From assembly GCA_020137815.1 (NCBI GenBank), contig CM035350.1:8494001-8558000 (forward strand): DNA of 64,000 bases, written 5' to 3'. The translations under genes were made by a program, and so were the position numbers. The DNA is from Hormiphora californensis (taxonomy: Eukaryota > Animalia > Ctenophora). The notes under the pieces are model-generated. The model was not told the DNA's origin, made no database searches, and was given only the letters and a program-made list of their open reading frames with translations. Below are positions 35,526 to 45,600 of the stretch, one piece after another; the first letter of the stretch is position 1, and each line of letters starts with the position of its first letter.

Positions 35526-38500
35526 CCCTTATCTTTCTCACAGAAAGTCGTCCAAGGCCAAGGATAAGTGCTTTGAGTGGTATGACTGTGCATGCATCCC
35601 CGTGGCCTGCCGCAAAAATTGGGCCCCGGGTAATCCAAACCAAATTTCTTTGGTTTTTGGTTCTAGTTTTCCCTGTTTTTGGTAAACTTTTATAACACTT
35701 TGAAGTAGGTACACGAAATCAATTAATGATCGAAAGTAAAATTAACAATATTTAGACTAGCTCAATAATTTGACCAGGAAGTCGTCTATGAGATTTACAT
35801 TTTTCACATGCCATGGCTATTATAGTACATAGTAAGCAAAACCAGATGTGGTGGGCAAGCAATTTTACTAGCACCCGTGGTACTACCACCCACTCACAAG
35901 CACTGAAAGTAAGTGAGACAAGCAAGCAACATCAAGAACGAGGTAACGATCCTCCATGAATTGACCTTTCTGGTTCATTCATCTGAATCTAAATTCAGAT
36001 GTGTTATGAAAGAACTCTCTCCGACCAGCCAGTCAGGAGATATTCAAAATATGCATAAAATCATAAATCTCTATTATAATTTGGAGATGTCGCGTCGAAG
36101 CCGTTCGTTCAGTGCGTTTCTACGCGACAGTGCTCCTTCATAAAATACTTTATGTGCCCAAAGCTGTAAAGCTGTCATTCACACTTTTGGAACTTCCAGT
36201 GGAAGTTTGTTAATATTTTCGAATGACTTTTAACATGCCAGTCCCCATAGTTACCAATTCAGTTGCCATGGCAACCGTTTTATTGACGGTGAAAGGGGCA
36301 AAAAGAACCACCCGGCGAAGCCGGGTGGGTTATCAAAAAGCCCTTACTTGAGGCGCACCCAATGGGTGCGCTAGTATGTGAATAAATCCAGAATGGTGCG
36401 AGATACGACATTTTGTTCGGGGAACGACCCCCCATAAATCGACCTTTCCGGTTCAGATTAGCTAAAAAAGAAGTCTCTCCGACCATCGTGTTCGGAGATA
36501 AGTGGGAAATGCATATTTAATTAGGGCATTATAATTAGGTCTTAATTAAGGTTGTATGAAACGAAAAATATCCTATTACACGCACCCTATCTAGTACTAT
36601 CACTCCACAAAATTTCAACTTTGAAGCTTTAATCGTTTTCAAGAGCTAAGCTCCCGGGATTTTGGTGGTATATCTATATATAGACGACACTTTTATACCC
36701 GGATTTGACACCGCTACCGTTTCGGCATCTTAGGTCCAATCAGTTTGTAACTTTGGATTCCAGCAGTGATAGGCCATGAAAATAGTGACAATTTTGGCAA
36801 GTTTACAATTCCACTTCTAGAACGTTTTTTTTCTTTTGTTCAAGCTGTCGAGCATTTCCACCGGAACCAATTAACAAATCAAGCAAACACAAGATGTATA
36901 AATAGATTACTCGTTCGTTACGTTGCATTTCGTTTCACTTTTGCTTGTCTCAGACACCAAAAAGGGCTGTTTTCCTCAATAAAATACAACTCAAATCTGT
37001 CTCTAGTTCTCATTTCCATCACACATGACCTCCCAGTTACCACTGAACTGTCTCTCGGGCCTGGCCTGGTCTCATCACTAAATTACAGCTACATTTTGTC
37101 CAATAGTACCCCCCGCCCCACCCCCACCCGCCCTCCCCCACCCACCTCTCCCAATATAGCGGACATTGCTAAATACCACACTACAGAGACAATCCTTGTG
37201 TTTTGGTGCACTAAGTCGCTTATCGCGTGTAACAACTAACAAATGTTCTTATCTATCTCATCCGAATTGTCTTCTAGAACATTTTACACTCTAGTGGTGC
37301 TACAATCTGTCCTACCCCTTATTTGTGTTTGATTGTTCTCGTTTATCTTTATCTCTAACGGAAATGGATACACCTCTCATCTCCATTATCATCACCAACA
37401 ACATCACGGTAACAATCATCCATCAAAATTCTGTAAGTTCACCTGTTCGTATTGTCTGTTCACAGATTGCGTAAAGTTTATATTGTGAATGCAATTGATT
37501 ATTCAAAACACGGTATACATCGGGATTCCAGACCCAAACTCAAGACATTCACAAAGGCAAAACGATACCTTGTTCCAGACCAAACTAAACTCAAGACACT
37601 CACAAAGGCAAAACGTTACCTTGTTCCAGACCAAACTATACTCAAGAAACTCTCAAAGGCAAAACGATACCTTGTTCCAGACCCTGTAACTTTATAGGAT
37701 AAAGCTTGCGTAATCATTGAAATCTATGTATTATTATGATCAGTTTTTAACTATCTAAATGACTGACCAAGACAGACACAAGACAAGCGTAGGGCCCTCC
37801 AATGTGCACTGCTCTCCCTTGAGTTTTCAAGGGAGTTCGTACGGAGGGTTCCAGGCTATGCCGTCTATACCCGGGTGGTATGAGACTTGGTACGCCTTAG
37901 CTTAATGCCCAAAAAAAAAAAAAAAAAAAAAGATGTATAAATAGCTTAATGACACGAACGGCTCCTTCATAAAGTTGATTAATAGAAACGTCGGTGATTT
38001 AAACGGTTTTATCATCATGTTCGGTGAGGAGAAACAGTTGGGCGGCAAAATGTAATGCGATTATAAGCATGGGTTTATATTAAATTAGATTTTAATGAGA
38101 AATATAATATTATATTCTCATTCGAATGCTTCCAGCCTGATCTAGAGTCTAGATAGTAGATAATTCTTTCCAAGTAAAGGCGTGCACAATATAATCAAAA
38201 GATGTGAACGGGTATGTGGCGGATGGAACAATTATTCGAGATTGTAGTTCTCATCCTGGATTTGAAGAACTACAACCTCGAATAATCAATAGACACACTG
38301 TGGAGCAGTGTGTCTATTGCTGACATATATAACTGTTCAGTGTTCGGACCGGTTCGGAGAGCGCCGTTTTTTTGAGAGAGAAAAGAGCTGTGAAAAAATG
38401 AGAGAATGATGAAAGTAATGTAATTCAAACCAATGTGGTGAAAGTGTTACTGAAACTAACATTAATGTTGTGAGGTGGCAGACATGTATATCAATAGATC

Positions 38501-40151
38501 TCTGAGCAGACCACATTATAGATAACTATTAACTATTTAATACTTGTTTTGTTCAAACCCGGGGCGCAGGGAGGGAGGGTCGAACAAGGCAAACTAATAC
38601 CGCCCTTTCAGATACAGACGAGTGCAGACTAGGCGATAACGATATTAAACAGAATAATATACACGTGGAAGGAGCATTGAATTCCAGAGATAATGCAATT
38701 TTCAACAATCCCCAAACCTGCGTTCAGGGATGTTTGGATTACAACAACCAAAGCGCCTCAAACGATGCTGAATGTTTAGCAGTTGTTTGGGCCAATGCGT
38801 TAGGCGCGGAATGGCATGGCTGTTGGTACAAATCAACTGCAGATAATGTCTCCAAAACCAATGCCCAATGTGATGTTTACAAGATGGATTGTATTGAAAG
38901 TGTGTTGAAGAACGGTAGGTTTAGCTTATTTATCTGGAAATTCGCTAGTTCCAAAATGATATTGAATCAAATCAAAACTAATCTCGAACTAAATGATTAA
39001 CTTTAATCTCCAGATAACGCACTGTGTGGCGCTGGCAGGGACATAACGTTTGCAATAAACGCTGAATCTAGTGAATGCATGGACGATGATAAATGTCTAA
39101 CAACCGAGACTGATGTGTGCCTAGTTGAGGGTATAAACCTTCCTGAAATGCACCAGTGCAATCAATATTGTAAGTTTCATAAGTCATAACCCTCCCCCTC
39201 ATAACAATTGATATCATTAATATTTAGTTATTGTAACAAACTACTATAGACAAGTTACTGAGAACTATTGTTTCAGGTTGCCAGGAACAATCTCTATCTG
39301 ACAAGTCCGTGTTTGTAACAGACCTCCCCATACTGTCTGGTGAGACGGGAGGTGCGAGATGCAGTCCCAGAAACACGCTCAATGATGGAGTTGTGGAATG
39401 CAGTGGTACATCACTAAAAGTCATCCAAAATTGTACTAGAATTGGTAAGCTTTGAGTAACATTTTGTCCAACCTGTCTGTTTAGCGGTAAACTGCAGGGA
39501 GTTTTCCGTTAATAACATTTCAAGTTGAAAGCACCTTCTCTAAAAGTTGTAGAGAAGTTGTAGACAATTACCCTGACTTGGTTAAAACAACAATTACCTT
39601 GACAAATGGAGCACCTCCATAGTTGATTTCTCTCTAACACCTTCACACTGCCTGTCCGTATGACTGTCCCATTGACGACTCTGAACTTGCCCGCATCCCC
39701 ACTGACTGGCAGACGGGTTGAGGTCACCTCAGGTATGCATGGCAGCTGTTGAAGACGGATCTGGATGGGTTCCTTTACAGATGCACCAGTGACACGGCCT
39801 TCATCAAGTAGCTCCTGCTGAACTTGTAACGCTGCTCTGAAACATGGTCAGTATCTAAATCAACACATATTATAGGATATCTAAATGAATACATATTACT
39901 ATGTATTTGAATCTTTCTTGAATACTTCATGTAACTTGTTGAGTATTTTCAACCTACCCCGCAGCTAAAGACAACACTGTTTTAGGATCACTAAAGAGAG
40001 CGGAGGCCAGGGTCCAGTTGTAGTCAAGGAGTAGTACCACATCGAGAAAGAGAACATTGTGGGGTTTTTCTTTGGGATCTTTTAGAATCTCCTCTAGCTC
40101 GATGTCATAGTAGGACTTTAGGAATGTCTGCCATTCCCGAGCGGAGATCAT
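24596..40151 (-). CDS. MCM9: DNA helicase MCM9. Exons approx 39958-40151, 39599-39836, 29073-29226, 28720-28911, 28419-~28600, 27776-27961, 27426-27582, 27015-27131, 26478-26604, 26185-26362, 25708-25881, 24596-25596
   Basis: [44 protein letters not shown] (Walker A), [42 protein letters not shown]; long disordered tail typical of MCM9. Confidence 0.92.
26680..27000. repeat. Intronic minisatellite (GTAACCAGTAACTGTGGTAACTGTAGG-type)
   Basis: Directly visible, next to an MCM9 donor. Confidence 0.85.
27945..28313 (-). repeat. 15 copies of a 25-bp unit spanning an MCM9 acceptor
   Basis: Minus strand TTTCCATCAG|GTGGGGTGACCCATG. Confidence 0.95.
29329..32128 (+). CDS. Nested secreted protein with a galactose-binding/F-lectin-like domain and an Ig-like domain. 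Exons 29329-29395, 29510-29799, 29917-30052, 31687-31791, 31871-32041, 32094-32128
   Basis: Signal peptide [16 protein letters not shown]; LACDKN...FKC...FQIAEVTV; VDLSC...SWSW...FICTAS; all phases consistent. Domain names are inference. Confidence 0.65.
32247..34084 (-). CDS. SLC22 / organic cation transporter-like MFS protein, nested in the MCM9 intron
   Basis: [31 protein letters not shown] and [10 protein letters not shown]; many TM segments. Confidence 0.85.
34185..35668. mobile_element. TIR element (~86-bp TIRs) with a low-complexity interior
   Basis: ACTAGAACCAAAAACC...CACAGTCATAC at 34185-34271 and its inverse at 35580-35668. Confidence 0.8.
37534..37690. repeat. About 3 copies of a ~50-bp tandem unit; related sequence at 30285-30335
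   Basis: AAACTCAAGACACTCACAAAGGCAAAACG(A/T)TACCTTGTTCCAGACC. Confidence 0.8.
38612..39528 (+). CDS. Cys-rich PAN/apple-like domain protein nested in the MCM9 intron. Exons 38612-38914, 39014-39169, 39277-39444, possibly 39485-39528; 5' end unresolved
   Basis: TCVQGCLD...ECLAVVW...GCWYKS pattern; consistent phase-1 introns. Confidence 0.6.
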
Positions 40152-40412
40152 GGGAGAGATAACATTGCAACTGCAGAGGAGATCATGAGAGAGATAACAT
40201 ATTTTGAAGCTGAGGAAGTGGGGACAATATTAGAAATTACTGAGTTATTAGGAAGTAGTAAAACACAGTGTTAATAATATAATACTTTCAAAAAGATACA
40301 AATTGCAGTACTATATAATATCAACTTGATTTCCATATCTCAATTATAAGCTCTCTTAAACCAAACCAAAAATAGAAATATTAATACAATTATTGTCAAA
40401 AGAAGAAGAATG

Positions 40413-42209
40413 TTAAAGAAGTTTCGTCCAGGGGGGTTTTCTAATTTGGTGCTCGGGCACGTAGGTCATGTTTATTGGTACATTAATTATCGCACTCTCT
40501 AGTGAGTTTCTTTCCAGCGCTCTGAAGGGTATTACATGTTGTTTTGAATCATTCAATTTAATTAATCAATTAATCAGATCAATTAATTCGAATTAATTAA
40601 AATTATTTAACTTAAATACCTGCGTATATGGAAGCCGTCTAGGCCAATGATAAAAAGAGAGGGTATATCAATTGGGGTACCCCTATCATCGTCTACCATT
40701 GCCACTAAGTTGGATCTGTTGTCAGCAGCGTTATCGTACACTATCACCCCCGTGGCACCCGCATTCTGACACATTGACACCTGAGAAGCAGGTATAGTTG
40801 TACACATGGGGGATCACAAGATAGTCTTAAGTCTGCCGATGAAAAGTATAACAATTGCTGTATAGGGGGCGGTGGTCACTTGCTCTCGAGAGTCGAGCCT
40901 CTCACACCGCACAAAGGAGGGTCAAAACATAAGGGGGGGGGGGGTATAATAATTGTTTTCCAATAAAATGGGGTTCGGGGTTGATTTTGTACCTTTTCGA
41001 CGAAGGAGCACTCTCCTCGTTCCACCAGGACGAAATTGCCGCTCACTTTAGCAGGGTTCAGTATCTCCGTACATGCGTGCAGGGGATCTGCTACAACCAG
41101 TAGGGTGTGCTCAAAATACTGATGGAACCCCTTTCCAAAATTCTTGGCGGGCGAAGCACGGTAGTAGTAGCCAATCTAAGGGAGGGGTGAAGTGAGGGGT
41201 GAAGCACGGTAGTAGTAGCCAATCTAAGGGAGGGGTGAAGTGAGGGGTGAAGCACGGTAGTAGTAGCCAATCTAAGGGAGGGGTGAAGTGAGGGGCGAAG
41301 CACGGTAGTAGTAGCCAATCTAAGGGAGGGGTGAAGTGAGGGGTGAAAGGTAGCAGGGAGAGGGGGGAGTACCAACTACCAGGGAGGGGTGAAGTGAGGG
41401 GTGAAGCACGGTAGTAGTAGCCAATCTAAGGGAGGGGGGGTGAAGTGAGGGGTGAAGCACGGTAGTAGTAGCCAATCTAAGGGAGGGGTGAAGTGAGGGG
41501 TGAAGCACGGTAGTAGTAGCCAATCTAAGGGAGGGGTGAAGTGAGGGGTGAAAGGTAGCAGGGAGAGGGGGAGTACCAACTACCAGGGAGGGGAACTTCC
41601 AGTGGATAACGCGGTTATTGTATAACAGGCTTCTTTACTTTTAACTCTGTAAAGAGATAAATATGCTCCAAGATAAGGGCTGCTGCAGTGCATTCAATAC
41701 AGTGAAGCTTGATAACATGCAGATGGCGGTTCACCTAACAGCCACAAAGAACCACACGTACAAGGTTCAGCTTGCTCCACCCTCTCTCTAGAGTTGCTCG
41801 CCCTCTCTCCTTTCTTTGAACAAAACAAGGTTCACCAGGGGTTGACATTCTTCACATGTGATAATGAATATTTCTTAGCCTTCATGAACTGTTTCGAAAT
41901 ACGACGCGCGATGAAACAGTCAATGACGTCATATAGAACATTCTAGAGGGTTCTCCTTCCATTTTGTGAAGCTGGTCATGACGCATGATACATGTATAAC
42001 CAATGCGTGTATAACTATACATGACATGACATGACGCATGATACACAACCCATGGATTTCACAAACATCAATGTACCAACCTCGACTGGGTCCACTATTT
42101 TGAAGTAAACATCCTGATGGAAGCTGGTCCAGGCAGCTGGAATCTCCACGCACACGACCAGATATACAAACACCAGGATCGAGATTAGCTGCTCTACTAA
42201 TCTGTTCAT
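40413..42209 (-). CDS. PRADC1: Protease-associated domain-containing protein 1. Exons 42081-42209, 40993-41175, 40620-40780, 40413-40521
   Basis: YFKIVDP, SPAKNFG, LVERGECSFVEK, MVDD...DIPSLFIIGLDG, INVPINMTY...PPW. Confidence 0.9.
41154..41593 (-). repeat. 7 copies of a 48-bp unit spanning the PRADC1 exon 2 acceptor, arranged 4+3
   Basis: Minus strand CACCCCTCACTTCACCCCTCCCTTAG|ATTGGCTACTACTACCGTGCTT. Confidence 0.92.
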
Positions 42210-42686
42210 CTTTCAGTTCATTCTAAATAACAACACGATTTACACTTTGTGTAATTTAGTTTTGGTTTAGGGAACGTAAAACGCAATAACTTTGTAATTG
42301 TTAACAACTGGTATCGGCATGTTAATTTTTCATTACAAATACACCGTCATACACAGAGAAACTTGGAGTACACACTCATTTTTACAAATACAACACCTCA
42401 AATACCCTGGTTCCTGAGAGATAAGATCACCGTCCTTATACCACCTCAAATATAGGTGAAGTTTGTGAAAGATATCAGGGGCACTTCTGATTTCCGATCT
42501 TTGTGCAATATAACCATCTAAATCTAACACAATGTGTTTTATCTGTGAATTAACAATTTCCTGTTTTCAATCATTATCTTTTCAATCCCAAAACATAGCA
42601 ATATAGTTATCGATCTGACTAGGATCTAACCGGGATCCTACAGTTTCTAGATTTCAGTTCAGCAATATAATTGATCTGACCAGAGT

Positions 42687-45600
42687 TCAGTTTTCATTGA
42701 GCAGTGAAGATGAACAGTGGGGACACGATTGAGAGCTGTTATAACACGCCCGGTGCATTAGCCCGTGACACTGGGGGCAACTAGCCATGCTGTATACTGC
42801 TTCCTTGGAGAAGGGAGCCAGAAGGGGTGGCTCAGAACATACAGCACAGTAAAACTTGGTGTTGGTACAAGTTGTACAGCTCTGGTAGTGTGCCTCAAAC
42901 TGAGCCACAATGACCTGCAACTCAGGAAGGAGGATCTCACTGTGAGCGTCCTTCAAGTCCTGTAGGGTGTACCATTTACTGGTGTCGATAAAATGTTGCC
43001 GTTCCTTCAGCTTTAGACAGAGTTCCTCTTTGAGTGCCCTGGAACACTGGACAAAGTGAGCTTTGTACAGGATCACACTCTCACGGAGTTTCCTGATCTC
43101 GGCCATCACCGGGACACCCTTGAACAGCCCCGGATTGAGCATTTCAACGTTGAGGTAGTCCCGGGTTTCTAGATACCGCAGAATTTCAGCGGATTGGAGG
43201 GCGATGGAGCGGGGTTTGAAGTCCCAGTTGTGGATCATGCGAGCAGGGATGGGGTGGGGTGTCCTCTTGTGACAGTCAGAACAGTAGTATCGACCCGTAT
43301 AGTCGCAGAGGTACACTTTAGAACCTGAAAAGGGGGGAAAGGATTCTTGTTAGACAACGTTTCTGGAGATAGGAATAGGACATTACTGGACAGAAATGAA
43401 ACAATTGAAATTCATAACAGCTTGAGCTGAAAATAACTTACCACTGTAGCTAATCTCCGTTCCACAGTCAAAACAGGAGTAATTCTGCTGGTGGAGTCCA
43501 TATGAGGGTGTAATTTTAGTGATCAGTTTTAGAGAGTCTCTGTTAGCCAGGGCACAATGACGGGTCGCATCATTCAGGCATGTTTTGTGGAGGATTACAC
43601 CACATACCCTACACAGGTATGCAGCCTTTAGTTTCCTGTAAACAGCACCCCCACACTTCCCACAGTACCCACTCAGTTCAGTGGACCGGACAAAGCGATG
43701 ACCCAGGACTGTCAGCTCCTTGTCAGGGTTTACTGTGGGGTCTGTGGAGTTACTGGAATCCGATCCAGTCGAATTCAGTTCGTGCTCTTTCTGTCGCAGT
43801 CGCACTAAAATGTCTATCTCCCTCTTCTTTACAGCCTCATCTGTAGCGTTCTGAATCTTGTGTTTCTGGATGTTGATTGCCTCGCTCAGCTCACCAGCGG
43901 GTGGGACAGGGTTTTCCAGCTGGGGGATAGGAGCATTAGTCAGGTGTTAAAATCATATTATATTCAATGAATATAATATATTCATATAATATTCAGCACT
44001 CTATAGCAGCAAAACACACGTGACCCCCATTATATATTTGCCCCCACCAGGAGAAAAGCACGCACACTGACACGCTAAAAGCAGCACTTACTACTGAGGT
44101 AGGATCTACTTGCACTCTAGCCTACAGGATTACAGGGTATTTCATAGCACAGTAAGGGTGTTTTATAATGATCGAAACACAATCAGGGGTACTGCAGGGG
44201 TTTTGTGGACATGGGGGGTGGGGGGAAATAGGGGGAACGAGTTGTTGTTCACTTACAATATCAATATTGAAGTGATTTCCGCTTGATCCAGATACGTTAC
44301 CACCAGGTCCAGGGGATGTCTTGGAGGTGTTCTGAAACGGGTCAACATGTGTCAGCCAACTGTGTACAACGCACATATATTGTTAGTAGGGGGAGGGGTG
44401 TAGCATAGTTTTGTCTTGTCATTTCACATGTGTGAACTATTGTGTGACTGACAATATAATTCACGACCTCCACCTGTTTTTCATCCCACTTAAATCCGGT
44501 ATTCATGTTTCACCAATAAAGGTCGACAACAATATGATACACATGTGTATAATGGTGCACATGTTCTATAAATAGCACCTGCATCCAGCTGACATAATGT
44601 GTCACATGTGGAGGGGGGACTGGTTCAGTGATCAGATCAGCAGTGCCCCCTCGTTTACATGCTTGGTTTGATTCTGTTTGTTTCTTGGTCCCCCTTCACT
44701 CCATACGTTACAGCTGTCTCAAACTAGAGCCAACTCAGTCAAACTGTTCATTGTGTAAATAATTCCCTCTCCAGACTTTCCTAACCGATCCTACTACTTT
44801 AAGTGTTAGTTATAATTCCCTCTCCTAAATAATCACTGTCTTTCTCTAGGCTCACATGGTGGTTGAATGAGGCCAATTCATCTGTTATCAATAACTGTTT
44901 TGGCCATAATATTCCCCCTAGCTGTACTTGGTTGGTTGATAGCTTTACCTCTATTGCTCCTAGTTGTCCCCCTAATTATTATCTGGATACTAATCTGTAT
45001 GCTAATTATTGACTGCACTGAAAACCAAAAGGACAGTGAGGTATATAATTTGTTTGACAGCTTTTTCATGTCCCGTTTCTTTTGGTCTGCTCTTACTCCA
45101 ACTGAAAAATCACTGAGTCTTTTTTAGGAATAACTTAAGTCGGATATAAACACTGAATGAAAAACATAGCAGTTGGCCTAGCAGTCGCAGCGCTTGTGGT
45201 CCTATTCCCCCTTGCCGTCCTAGGGATAATTCTCCTCCTGCCCCTTTGGGTCCTTCTTGTTCCAATAGTCCTGGTCTGGATCCTTGTGTGCTTTCTATTT
45301 GCTAACAGCAACGCTAACGAACGAGAATTCCGTAAATACCGAAAGGTACGAAAACACCACGCTGTGTTACCATGGCAACCGTTCATGTGTTACCATAGGA
45401 ACAAGAAGACTCCAGCAACTAACTCCCCCATCTTCCCTTCTAGGAAAATCACTAGCCTCCAGGGATCATGGCATTCGGAGATTTCTTCAAAAAGAAGGAG
45501 GAGGGTGAGGAGGACAAAAAGGAAGATGAGGAACCAAAGGGACCCCCCGTGGCCGGATATCGTGGTCTGTGGGGTGAGAATGGTATGATGGCACTCTTCT

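Noticed and set aside
36262-36275. Perfect RFX X-box GTTGCCATGGCAAC
   Set aside because: Lies in repeat-like DNA away from any identified ciliary gene start; similar motifs recur in introns and coding sequence
37790-37931. Poly(A)-tailed retroposed insert
   Set aside because: A-run present, but no TSD or identifiable body
44864-44866. Selenocysteine readthrough at TGA-ATG
   Set aside because: No SECIS identified, and ORF A splices to a TAA stop anyway
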